Positions 20,901-30,180 of a stretch of 64,000 bases of DNA are shown here, piece after piece. Source of the DNA: Pseudomonadota bacterium (lineage in GTDB: Bacteria; Bdellovibrionota_C; UBA2361; OMII01). Within the stretch, counting starts at the first letter, position 1. The number at the start of each line of letters is the position of its first letter. The notes under the pieces are model-generated. The model searched no databases. It was not told the origin of the DNA and saw only the letters and a list, made by a program, of their open reading frames with translations. A program made the translations under genes and the position numbers. The stretch spans positions 200,565-264,564 of the forward strand of contig JAYPVM010000002.1 of assembly GCA_038134595.1 (NCBI GenBank), read 5' to 3'.

Positions 20901-23900
20901 GAGCTTCTTCTCCACCTCGGACAGCCTCAACATTGTATAACAGACAGCCGGCGAGCTTGTGAAAGAGTTCTGCCTGAGCGGCTGTATGAGCGTGGCTTCG
21001 AAGCTCTACTTGTGCGCGACTCCACGAGAGCTCAAAAGCCCGGTTTACGTGCAACAATTCTTGATAGCGAGAGATAAGTTGTGATGCGACCGAGCGCTCT
21101 TTGGCAGCCCCTGAGATGAAGGTGAGAGTCTCGCTCGCTCCGGCTTCAAGCCGAACAGTACATCCTAAGGAGACGATCGGATCAACGTTTCCATCGTAGG
21201 GTTGTACTTTCGAGCCTGCGCCTTGAAATATAGAAGGAAGTCGCATGGTATTCTTTCGACCGATGAAACTCGCCCTCGAAGTATAAAATCTTACCGGTGC
21301 GTAACTGGTTTTAAGGGTAACTCGGTGGAAGAAATAGAGTGGCGTCTCATGCTCGCTCCGAGGCTTTCTGGTGCAAATAATAGCGTCAGAGTCAGGTAGA
21401 GGTTCAGCTTTGAGGAACAATTTGCTAAATGCTGGGTGGGCAGCGTCGGCGCGTAGAGTGGCCAGGGATGGTTCGTTGTAGCTGACGAGCTCCAACTCCC
21501 TTTCCGTGTGGCTGAGGTTTGTCACTGTAACGCGCCTTAGCTCTACATCATCATCTGGTGAAACAGTAATCTCGGTATGAATGAAGATGTCGTCGTCGAA
21601 ACGCTTAAATTCGACTTTCCCTGGGCTGAAAATGGCCTCGTATGAATCTGCTTCTATCTTGGTAGGCTGATAACTCGTTGACCATGTCTTCTTGGTGTCG
21701 ACATCATGAACATAGATGAAGCAACCGTAGTTGGAGGATAAAGAATCCTCTCTCCACCGGGTTAGTAGGGTGGTTTTATCATAGATGCTTGTGCCACCGC
21801 CGGTAGAATCGACAAGGAGTGAGTAGCGCCCATTTGAAAGTAATCGCACACGAGGAGCGACATGAAACGGTGTGCGAATAATCTCAAGCCCTGGTGCTTC
21901 CGGTTTTTGCTCTTCCTTGTGAGTGAGCGCCAGTTCGGGCTCGTGAGGAACAATTGCCGCTACTCGTTGTGGAAACCGCTCGTGGAGTAGCAGCTCAGTT
22001 GATTTCACTATGGGGTGGCTGTGGAAGCGCTCGCACATGATGTCGTCATTAAGCAGGTTATTAATGCTGACCAACGACATGCCTTGATGATGTGCAAAAA
22101 ATGACTGTACGATGTGTTTTCGCTCGGTGATGGAGTGCCTCGAGGGGGTGTAGTCGATAGCTTCGTAGAAACCGTACTGACCGCGACCGCCTTCTCGCTC
22201 TATGAATTTGAGGTTTTCGAGAGATGCTGCGATTGATGGAGCAAAGTTTAGTGCCAGCATCGTCGAGTACGGAGAAATAACTAGATCTTCTGATAAGCCA
22301 CGCTTCAGGCCCAATCCGGGAACGCCGAAGGCTCGGTATTGGTAGGTTTTCTCAAAATCAACACCACTGAATGCCGATTCGGAGATTCCCCATGGGGCAG
22401 ATCGACGACGGCTATATGCCATCTGAGCGGTGACTACGGCCCTGGCAGTTCGGCCGAGTATCGTAGTCGGATAGTCTTTCATCACTAAAAAAGGCATCAA
22501 GTATTCGAACATGGTGCCGGTCCACGATATAAGAGCTTTCCCTCCAGGGGTACTCGCTAGAGATCTCCCAAGGGAGAACCAGTGGCGCTCGGGCACCTCG
22601 CTTCGTGCAACGGCGAGGAAGCTCAAGAGACGCGCCTCAGAGGCCAACAGGTCGTAGTATCCCTTGTCCCTCCGTCCCTGCTCGATATTAAATCCGATGG
22701 CAAACAGGTTTCGTTCTTGGTCATAGAGGAATGAAAAATCCATCTCCTCAATCAGTCGCTGATAGGTCCTCTTGGTTGCCCTGAGCTCTTGTTGCAGTGA
22801 CTCTATCTGCTTGAGAGACTCGTCGACGGACAAGTGGAGTTGCGAGATAATCTTCTCGTCAGAAGAGATTGGTTGTGAGATCTCGGCGGCTGTTATCAGG
22901 TTTTGAAGTTGCTTTGCTCCTTGCGAGATTTCGTTTAGGGTCGGAAACGAATTGCCGAGGCGCTCAAATTCCTTGAGTGCTGTCGTTTTTAGGCCATCAT
23001 CTGAGCTTGAGCCCATTGTAAGAGATGAGTCCTTCCTGATGGAACTCACATAGGCTTGTAGTGGTTCGATCCACTTGAGCACCCTGATCGCCTCTGACAA
23101 ATCACAGAGAAAAGTATAAAGTGGAGGATTTGCTGCATGGCTCGACGGAGACGCTTGTGAACTATCGACCGCCAGCACATTTCTCGACTGCTCTTCTAAA
23201 TACGCAATCGATTCAGGTGAATTCAGGAATGAGATGACATCAGTTATTGATGAGTTTGTGCGGCTATAGAACTGTGAATGCAGCGCACTGATTGTATCCC
23301 GTTGATTTTGCGCAGAGAATTCCTCGTCAAGGAGCCGACTGAGAGTTGAAACGTGTTTTGCTCCAATTATTTCTCGGTTACTAGCCTCAGCTACACACGA
23401 AAGAAGCGTGTAAAGATGACCCAGGAGATTGCCGCTGTCTACTGTGGATATGTATCTGGGGGATAATGGTTGTCTTGAAGTAATCGAATACCAGTTAAAT
23501 AGGTGGCCCTTGTACTTCTCGAGAGCCTCAAGAGCTCGACATATATCAGCGGTTTTAGAGAGCGAGGTGTTTAGCGGAATGAATCCCAGATCATATGCAG
23601 ACTGAATACTTAACAACGAAAGGGAGATGTTGGTCGGTGACGTTCTTTCAGCGACAACAGTCTCTGGATTCAGTTGGAGATTGTCGGGCATTAACGAAGA
23701 GTATTCAGGTCGAAGATATGATCGAAAGAATGACCAAGTATCGTATGCGACGTGAAGCAGATACGTTGCCTCGGTGTTGGTTGCAACGGCGCGTCGAATT
23801 ACAAAAGGGCGTGAAACCACTTTGGCGATCCAGGGCGAAACGCCCCAAAGACAAACGAGTGGGGAGGCGTACAGGAGTGCTGAAAAATTTAACTGAATCG

Positions 23901-26820
23901 CACAACCAAATGCTAGAAGGACTAGTCCCATGATCGGCAAGAAAACTTTTAAGAATGTTTTTGTTTCATTCTTACTCTTACGTTCCGACCGCTCTGCCGG
24001 CTCCCACTCTAGAAGATGCATTTTGGAGACGTATAATCGATGGAGGGTTATACCGATGGCGTGGATCATTAAGCCGGCTTGATGGGGAAGAAACGCAAGT
24101 CCTAAGAGGGCGCGGATGGTGTTTCGCCACGCGTCTCTACCGATATCTCCTAGAAAACCACCCAATGATATCCCAACAGAGGGAAGTGCAAAAACCGAAG
24201 CGAGTCCAGTAAATACTGGAAATGAAATATTTATAAGAACCACCGTTGTCCAAACCAGCGGCCCGCCAGGTAGAAATAACCATCCCCCGAGTAATGCAAA
24301 AAGGCACGCTGGAGGAACGAGACTTCTCCGTAGATTATCGAACATCTTCCACCAGGAAAGGATGGATATCTCGCTTGATTGCTTGCCAGTTCTGCTTGGA
24401 ACAGTGCGAAAGAGCCAGGGAAGGAGCTGCCAATCGCCCCTGACCCATCGGTGTAATCGTTTCGAGTATCCCATATATCGTGAGGGAAAATCATCATAGA
24501 GCTCGATATCCGAAGCTAGGCCAACTCGTGCAAACGATCCTTCAAAGAGGTCGTGGCTTAACAATGCATTTTCGGGAACCCTGTCGCGTAGCACCTGCTC
24601 AAAGGCTCGAACGTCATAGATCCCCTTGCCCCAAAATGATCCTTCACCAAAGAGGTCTTGGTACACTTCTGAAACCACATTAGTGTAGGGATCTAGCCCA
24701 GCCTGCCCAGAGAAAAGTTTAGAAAATCGACTATTGGTAGCCGATGTCAAAGAAATAGTCACTCGAGGTTGAATAAAAGCGTATCCCGACGTTACCCGGT
24801 TAATAGTAGGATCAATTACAGGACTGTTCATTGGGTGAGCTATGGTAGCCACGAGTTTTCGGGCCGTATTACGGGAGAGTTGCGAATCGCTGTCGAGTGT
24901 AATGACATAACGGGTCTGACGAATTCGCTCTTTTGAGCCTACAATAAGAAGGAGGGAGGTTTCATCGTCTCCGAGGATATATTTGTTTAACTCTTCGAGC
25001 TTTCCTCGTTTTCGTTCCCAGGCCATCCATGTATTTTCGGATGGGTTCCACTGTCGACTTCGAAAGAAAAGCATAAAACGAGGGGTTCCCGTTGCGCTGT
25101 GTCGGTTGTTTAGTCGATCGACTGCAGCTTTCGCCGAGTCGATGATTAATTTGTCGGATTCGGTTTCCCGAGCAGATGCATCGGGCAAGTCTGCCATAAG
25201 TACATAGCTAAGCGCCTTGTCGTCGTTTCCCAAAAACCGAACCTCTAGCCCATCAATGGCCCGGTCAATAGAAGCCGCAGAGCTAAAGATAGTGTGAACT
25301 ACAACGAGAGTTTTGTATTCCTCCGGGATTGGATTGTCCGAATTTAGTTTAGGAAGAGGCTGGGGTGGAACCCAGCGGCTAGCGAGGTATTGAACTAAGC
25401 TTGAAGCGAGCTCGGAGACAGGAAGAAGGGTCAACAACAAGGTGATCAGGAAAAGTGGATAAGAGGCTTCTGCCCATTCGGAGAGTAAGAAAACATATCC
25501 AGTAAGTATAAAAGATAGAGTAAGTATCGAGCCAAGGTAAACCGCAAGAGAGTGCTTGCGAAGTAGTCTACATAGTCTCTCGGCTACGGTTGGTCTGTAG
25601 GATATCTTCTTTTCTAATTCCTCGCGTCCGGAGGCTATAAGATAATATCCGACATAACTTTTGTTTGGGTCTGATGATGTTGTAGTAGATCGTTTGAGCG
25701 CGCACTCCAACACCGATTGAGCAACAGATGAGTCGGTGGTTTTAAGACGTTTCGCTATTTTTTCGATGCTGTGCCTCAGTGTGTCGCGAGTCGTAAAGTC
25801 CGACCTAGAGTAGAGATTCGAGGGATCCTTTCGAAGAACCGCGTCAACAAGACTGACCGACTCGAACCACTCCCGCCAATTGCATTGGTCTATACTGGTA
25901 AGTGAGGTAAGTGTATTGCCAACTGATATTTGTCTTGTTGCTTGATGGTGGTCCTCGGCTCTTAAGAGATCTTCTGGAATAATACCCCGCTCTCGTAGTT
26001 TTTCCTCCAGGAAGTGCAAGGCCATATAGGCCTTTCGTCCTCGACTGCGGAGGCGTTTGAGAAGCTCTAGAGCGCTGTGAGGAAGGAAGCTTTCTTTTTC
26101 GTCGATCCGACGTGCTAGCTCCACCATTATTTGAGTGCCGGCCCTCGATTCGTCGCCAACGACAAGTTCGACTAGTTTCAGGATTTTTCGTTGAGAGAGT
26201 AGTTCGCTCTCTGCTTGAACAGTGAGATGGCGAAGGTTTTCTAGTAGTGCTAGCCGCAGCATTATGGGGAAAGCCCACAGTTCACCGGAGGAAAGTTCTA
26301 AGCTTCGTTGGTAAGAAGAGATAAAAGCAGAGGAAAGCCTTGTGTCGGACGACGCATCTGTGTGCATTACAAACTCAAGAGCCAAGTGGTAGATCCGAGG
26401 AAGTCCCCGTAACTCACCATCTAATATCTTAGGTAAGGTGCGGTAAAAACCTTGCGGAAGATATTTTTTGATTTGAGCCGCGTGCCGCTCTACAACATGG
26501 TAGTTGTCGAGTAGCCATTCACCCCCTGCAGTAAGGTTTTCACCGTTGTGAGCTGCTTCAGCTAATCGAAGATATACTCGGCGCAGCGTTGCCCTATTGC
26601 TACCGTATCCGCGCAATACCCGTGCGGAGGACAATGGACCTACTTTTCCGGTGTGTGACTGAGCTAATTGTTCACCTAGGGCTTCGAGGTTTTCACGGGA
26701 TAGGGCTTTTGGATTCCAGGGTAATGGAACCGTTGCCCGTGATTGCATTGAGAATTGACGACGTAACTCATCTAGGGTGCTGCGGATCCGACCGACCAAG
26801 AGAAGATAAGTTGCTATCAA
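17974..26820 (-). CDS. ndvB: Cyclic beta-1,2-glucan synthase (Cgs/NdvB/ChvB: GT84, cyclisation region, GH94 phosphorylase)
   Basis: 2948 aa; EWLLDNY, WERKRGKL, ITLDSD, SHDLFEG, RWVRGDWQL, TM segments, RTSPTNI, YDLLASEARL, FEYLMP, AHHQGM, FRDQLQD, GDWNDGM, ENGGQYTHAA, WYTGSAGW. AAGGAG lies upstream of the TTG start. Confidence 0.93.
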   Translation of the reverse strand: MIATYLLLVGRIRSTLDELRRQFSMQSRATVPLPWNPKALSRENLEALGEQLAQSHTGKVGPLSSARVLRGYGSNRATLRRVYLRLAEAAHNGENLTAGGEWLLDNYHVVERHAAQIKKYLPQGFYRTLPKILDGELRGLPRIYHLALEFVMHTDASSDTRLSSAFISSYQRSLELSSGELWAFPIMLRLALLENLRHLTVQAESELLSQRKILKLVELVVGDESRAGTQIMVELARRIDEKESFLPHSALELLKRLRSRGRKAYMALHFLEEKLRERGIIPEDLLRAEDHHQATRQISVGNTLTSLTSIDQCNWREWFESVSLVDAVLRKDPSNLYSRSDFTTRDTLRHSIEKIAKRLKTTDSSVAQSVLECALKRSTTTSSDPNKSYVGYYLIASGREELEKKISYRPTVAERLCRLLRKHSLAVYLGSILTLSFILTGYVFLLSEWAEASYPLFLITLLLTLLPVSELASSLVQYLASRWVPPQPLPKLNSDNPIPEEYKTLVVVHTIFSSAASIDRAIDGLEVRFLGNDDKALSYVLMADLPDASARETESDKLIIDSAKAAVDRLNNRHSATGTPRFMLFFRSRQWNPSENTWMAWERKRGKLEELNKYILGDDETSLLLIVGSKERIRQTRYVITLDSDSQLSRNTARKLVATIAHPMNSPVIDPTINRVTSGYAFIQPRVTISLTSATNSRFSKLFSGQAGLDPYTNVVSEVYQDLFGEGSFWGKGIYDVRAFEQVLRDRVPENALLSHDLFEGSFARVGLASDIELYDDFPSRYMGYSKRLHRWVRGDWQLLPWLFRTVPSRTGKQSSEISILSWWKMFDNLRRSLVPPACLFALLGGWLFLPGGPLVWTTVVLINISFPVFTGLASVFALPSVGISLGGFLGDIGRDAWRNTIRALLGLAFLPHQAGLMIHAIGITLHRLYVSKMHLLEWEPAERSERKSKNETKTFLKVFLPIMGLVLLAFGCAIQLNFSALLYASPLVCLWGVSPWIAKVVSRPFVIRRAVATNTEATYLLHVAYDTWSFFRSYLRPEYSSLMPDNLQLNPETVVAERTSPTNISLSLLSIQSAYDLGFIPLNTSLSKTADICRALEALEKYKGHLFNWYSITSRQPLSPRYISTVDSGNLLGHLYTLLSCVAEASNREIIGAKHVSTLSRLLDEEFSAQNQRDTISALHSQFYSRTNSSITDVISFLNSPESIAYLEEQSRNVLAVDSSQASPSSHAANPPLYTFLCDLSEAIRVLKWIEPLQAYVSSIRKDSSLTMGSSSDDGLKTTALKEFERLGNSFPTLNEISQGAKQLQNLITAAEISQPISSDEKIISQLHLSVDESLKQIESLQQELRATKRTYQRLIEEMDFSFLYDQERNLFAIGFNIEQGRRDKGYYDLLASEARLLSFLAVARSEVPERHWFSLGRSLASTPGGKALISWTGTMFEYLMPFLVMKDYPTTILGRTARAVVTAQMAYSRRRSAPWGISESAFSGVDFEKTYQYRAFGVPGLGLKRGLSEDLVISPYSTMLALNFAPSIAASLENLKFIEREGGRGQYGFYEAIDYTPSRHSITERKHIVQSFFAHHQGMSLVSINNLLNDDIMCERFHSHPIVKSTELLLHERFPQRVAAIVPHEPELALTHKEEQKPEAPGLEIIRTPFHVAPRVRLLSNGRYSLLVDSTGGGTSIYDKTTLLTRWREDSLSSNYGCFIYVHDVDTKKTWSTSYQPTKIEADSYEAIFSPGKVEFKRFDDDIFIHTEITVSPDDDVELRRVTVTNLSHTERELELVSYNEPSLATLRADAAHPAFSKLFLKAEPLPDSDAIICTRKPRSEHETPLYFFHRVTLKTSYAPVRFYTSRASFIGRKNTMRLPSIFQGAGSKVQPYDGNVDPIVSLGCTVRLEAGASETLTFISGAAKERSVASQLISRYQELLHVNRAFELSWSRAQVELRSHAHTAAQAELFHKLAGCLLYNVEAVRGGEEALKNNTLTQSALWRFGVSGDLPLVLLRLSDVRQIKHLQEMLLAHHFLRERGLEFDLVVLHHNEGGYIQQLAEDIEYAVRLTPAGALIDRSGGVFLRSTLQISDAESSLLETVARVVLDCSVGGLSELLAEAPFEQTTSNGVAENQIRSHADVDIEPQNLLLFNGIGGFCKNSNHYKLIASERAPTPLPWSNVIANPSFGTLITESGGGYTWSQNSRENRITEWSNDPVLDPPSEVVYLRNVESGEFWSLAPNPCGSGLSYKVEHGFGFTRFSTNNSDIDSSLEIFVSPDEPVKWTQIELTNRGENELRLELFSYSELVLGIVKQDAYRFITTSFDRSNQIIQARNRYNNEFSGRICSIGASGPIIGHTTSRLEFIGKQGDLSSPVMLRQGMSNSFMSTRSKSIKLSGKTGAGSDPCVVLQVSVTLSPNETRSLHFFLSEHASIEESRTKVANYKSQQTIHSAKSQVKAHWEQLLRSISISTPDDSFNVLMNGWLLYQTLACRLYARSAFYQSGGALGFRDQLQDSLVMLPIDPELTRKQILEHAAQQFTEGDVQHWWHPPTNRGVRTKISDDLLWLPYVVARYVETTGDHSILSEQVSFISGARLEEGQMESYFTPEISQESASILEHCLRAFDATEGCGSHGLPLIGAGDWNDGMNEIGKEGKGESVWLAWFQAEVIRRFAPILLSQGELERAKLLQQRANRLVEAAELEGWDGQWYRRAFFDDGTPVGTSTSEECRIDSLCQSWAVISNKAKAERAQQALESATNKLVDRDAKLIKLLSPPFHTMEKNPGYIKGYPPGVRENGGQYTHAAAWVIIAHTLLRHGSTAYELFELINPVNHTSTSDEIQTYQGEPYVMCGDVYSEQPLLGRAGWSWYTGSAGWLYQAGLHHILGFNIYPDGFSVNPCIPSQWTEFSLRYRKNNRTFIIEVLNPNNQETGIQSMSVDGRPFEGTRIPFDDISYGDEVRVLITMGLSGK

Positions 26821-27152
26821 AAGAGGCTCCTTGTTAAAAATAGGTGTGGAGGTTAGGTTCTGTTCTTCAGCTTTTTTCTTGATTTGCTAACAGTTGGCAT
26901 GAAGCTCTAACGTAGGGAATTTTAGCAACTTCCATGCTTTTTTGCACCTCTAAACTGGCTTGAATATACTCGGGTAGGGAATGTTTCTTGTCCGAAGCTC
27001 TGAACGATTACCTGGCGGCGTTGGGAGTACTACTGTTCCGAGCCCTTTTTCGGGGCAAAAAGGGGGGCTTTCCTCAAAGGCTTTGTTTGGCGAGTTGTTT
27101 GGAGCACTTTCGGCGGGACATACGGCGTGCCTTTCTACTGTATCTGGGCCCG

Positions 27153-27164
27153 GATAACGTTATC
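27153..27164. promoter_or_regulatory. Perfect 12-bp palindrome, candidate operator
   Basis: GATAACGTTATC with a central CG, in the intergenic region upstream of the glucan synthase. Confidence 0.3.
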
Positions 27165-27450
27165 AACCCAGCATAATTTCTCGGGCCAGGGGCCGCTGGG
27201 GCGTGATTTGGAAAACACATCGGAAAGTTCAAACCCGCAAAGCATAAGAACAGCTTTCTATTTGGGACATGCGGGTTCTTGCAAACAGCTTCCTCGCTCC
27301 TGAGTCGCACGCTTTAGCTAGAACAGTCTGGAGAAGGCAGGAGTGAGTTTAAGACCTATACCGGAATATTCATCGCCGAACAGAGCAAAGTGGTTGTGTC
27401 AGCGCCTGAACTCCAGCATTGCATTCTGACACCCGTGGCATTTTGCAATA

Positions 27451-30180
27451 TTAATATTTTTTGCTCAGTTCTAACTTATCCATTTCATGCTCTAAGAGGT
27501 ACTGAATCCGAGAGGTTCTAAGGGATCCGAAGGATTTTACGGAAAGTTCGTTGAAGGCGAGAGTTTTGGACCAATGAATTGGTAGTTTTTGAGCGAGATC
27601 AAAAGATCGATTGCCGAGGATGTTCTCCAATAGTTTCTCGAGGTCAGGTGAGAGGGGATTTATAATCAGAAGAGCTAGCACGGCAGCATCCCGTACGATG
27701 GGGTCTTGGTGATGTCTAAGACTCCAAAGTCTTGAGAGGATAGGGAGTGCATGACTGCCATATGCTGCTCCGGCTAGCGAGGCGCCAACAAGAGTTGCTC
27801 GGTCAGTGGTAGAGAGTTTGTCATTTACCAGTCTAAGAGTAGCCTCGTTGGGAAGCATCCTTAGGGCCCCAAAAAGTTCTGCTGAGACTCGATATGAGGA
27901 GAGCTCTGCTATCGCCATATTGAGAATTTTAGATAATGGCACCTGTGCCTTAGCGTTCACTGCGAGTAGATGAACAAGATGCCAACGCATTATTAAGTGC
28001 TGCAAGTTATCGCTATTTACGATCTGCGTCAGCGCTTCAACTGTGAGTGGAGTGCTGGTAGTTTGAAGTTCAAGAAGTGCAGGGAACATTGCTACAGTAT
28101 GATCGGGGTCGATGGTAAGTAGTGAGGCAAGCAGAGAGTCGTATGTGGAGATCGTTTCGGGTGAAATGCTTAGACCCTGCAAAAGCGTCGTCCTCCATTC
28201 TGCGGTAGGGGAATTATGTGTGCTTGTGGCCGCGATAAGTTGCTTGCTTATCTTCTCTACAACCGCAATGTTATCGTCGGCATATGACACTACAATCTGG
28301 GCGGGATACTCCAGTAAACATTTAGAGATCTTTTCTAGGGCAGCGCCACGTATTGATGTAACTGACGAAAAGGTTGCTGCGCGTACAACAGGCGCCCAAT
28401 CTATGGAGTGATTGCAACTAAATGCCTCGAGAGTGGTCTTGGCTAATGCGGAAATCTCCTCGCGAGGATTCGGTTCTAGGGCAGCTATGGTGAGTGCCAG
28501 TTGCCAACCGATACGTTGCGGTGAATTTGCCACCGCCATTTTGAGAAGTGGAATACTACTACTTCCATACGACAGCAAAACCTTCGAAGCGTAGGTTGAT
28601 TCGTCCGTGTTTTCGAGTAGTGGTATGAATCGAGCCGCGAGTCCCCGATGAGGATATTCTCGGAGGGAAATTACTTTGAGAGCGTTGCGGGCCAAAGGGG
28701 TTCTAATGGAACTGGTAGCCATCCACCACAGTCGATTCGGAAGACTACTGAGTGATCCTATAAGCGTAAGCTCCGTATCGGAAAGATCCTGAATTCGGAG
28801 TAGCTTTCCAATGATATTGGCATACTTGGGGTGCGAGTCGCCTTTCCCAGAGGTTTTTAAAAGCTTAAGAGCTGCCTGTCTGTACGGTGCTGGGTCGTGT
28901 GAGTAGAGCTTTCCGTCAAGAATACTCTCCAACAATGAGAGCGCGGTATTTGCGTTTTCGGTAGAGAAGCGCACGAAAGAACCTAGGGTCGATAAGATAG
29001 AAATTGTGTTTTGCGTTTCCTTTCGGAGAATTCTACGCTGAAGTGTGTAGTAGGCGCGTTCAGATAGGTTGCGATTCGGAAATGAGTCTTGGTGTGACAG
29101 TAGATTAAGTATGTATCGCTCTGATTTAGCCGCTTGGGAACGTGTAAGTGATTCGATTGCTTTGGAGGTCAGTACGGGTGAACTCCGTAGGAGGCAGCGA
29201 ACCTGAGTGGGTTGTAGTCTGTTGGGAGCAAATATTCCGTCGGTGTCTGAGAGGGCTGCTTCAGAACGGGCTGTGAGGGCAAGTCCACCTCTCTGAACAC
29301 AGATTCTCCCAACAAGATGAAGAAGCTGGGCGGTCAATGAATGTTCTGAAATTAGCGCCAGGAGAGTGTCGGCGTATTGGGTGGTTGTCTTCGGGTTCGG
29401 GAGAGGAACAGCAAGAGATAGCGCACTTACTTCATCGACAGCCAGAAAAGGAATTTGATCGAGGAACGCCTCGAACGGCTCCGGTGTTCCAGGTCCGAAG
29501 TCCTCTAAGAGCGCTCTTAGCGTGTCAGTATTTCCTTTCGTCTGTGCGACGCCCTCTTTGATTATAAGAGGGATGCTTTGTGAGCGAAATTCCTTTAGGA
29601 AATCCCTAGCAAGACGAGAATTGTCAGAGAGGGCAAATGGAATGACCGCCTGAAGAGCTGAAGGCTCCGGAGATCTCTTCGATTTACTGGCTGCGTCAAG
29701 AATATGGGCGGTAGCTTCCTCGAATTCCACAGCAAGCTCGTTGCTAAGTGTTCCCTGTGAGTATATTTCAATAATGTCTGACAAAGCCGAAAGAGAAGCC
29801 TCTCCCGACTCTGAAAGGATGTGAAGAGCGCATTTTTTTGCAGCGAATTCGCGGCTAGGGTCTGTGTTTTGCCATTGAATTCCAACCCACCGTTCAGTTT
29901 TTACGGGTCGCAGCTGTTGATCAGTTGTCACATCTGTTAGTGGGTGTATTGAAGCGAAGGCCTCAGCAGATGAGGGGGGAGCTATATTGAGGGAAAGAAT
30001 CGATCTAAGTTGCTCAGCGAGCTTTATTTGATCGTTCGGCGAAGATTTCTGGTACTGAAGCAAGGCTTCGTCGCACGAATCAAACACAAGCTTGGTGAAG
30101 CTTTGTTCGGCTGCAACCTGTCGAGGTATCGTGTGCAGTAAGAGAATTAGCAGAGCAATGCGAACTATATGAAGCGCCAT
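27451..30180 (-). CDS. Large exported alpha-helical (HEAT/ARM-like) protein of unknown function
   Basis: 909 aa, signal peptide ending VAA, Leu/Ala/Ser-rich, HEAT-like units (LRHHQDPIVRDAAVLAL); overlaps the upstream ABC gene by 16 nt. Confidence 0.7.
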   Translation of the reverse strand: MALHIVRIALLILLLHTIPRQVAAEQSFTKLVFDSCDEALLQYQKSSPNDQIKLAEQLRSILSLNIAPPSSAEAFASIHPLTDVTTDQQLRPVKTERWVGIQWQNTDPSREFAAKKCALHILSESGEASLSALSDIIEIYSQGTLSNELAVEFEEATAHILDAASKSKRSPEPSALQAVIPFALSDNSRLARDFLKEFRSQSIPLIIKEGVAQTKGNTDTLRALLEDFGPGTPEPFEAFLDQIPFLAVDEVSALSLAVPLPNPKTTTQYADTLLALISEHSLTAQLLHLVGRICVQRGGLALTARSEAALSDTDGIFAPNRLQPTQVRCLLRSSPVLTSKAIESLTRSQAAKSERYILNLLSHQDSFPNRNLSERAYYTLQRRILRKETQNTISILSTLGSFVRFSTENANTALSLLESILDGKLYSHDPAPYRQAALKLLKTSGKGDSHPKYANIIGKLLRIQDLSDTELTLIGSLSSLPNRLWWMATSSIRTPLARNALKVISLREYPHRGLAARFIPLLENTDESTYASKVLLSYGSSSIPLLKMAVANSPQRIGWQLALTIAALEPNPREEISALAKTTLEAFSCNHSIDWAPVVRAATFSSVTSIRGAALEKISKCLLEYPAQIVVSYADDNIAVVEKISKQLIAATSTHNSPTAEWRTTLLQGLSISPETISTYDSLLASLLTIDPDHTVAMFPALLELQTTSTPLTVEALTQIVNSDNLQHLIMRWHLVHLLAVNAKAQVPLSKILNMAIAELSSYRVSAELFGALRMLPNEATLRLVNDKLSTTDRATLVGASLAGAAYGSHALPILSRLWSLRHHQDPIVRDAAVLALLIINPLSPDLEKLLENILGNRSFDLAQKLPIHWSKTLAFNELSVKSFGSLRTSRIQYLLEHEMDKLELSKKY

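Noticed and set aside
27060..27280. Minus-strand GAGGAAAG and AGAACCCG resembling RNase P RNA
   Set aside because: GAGGAAAGTCC is not matched, the motifs are in the wrong order and other conserved blocks are missing.
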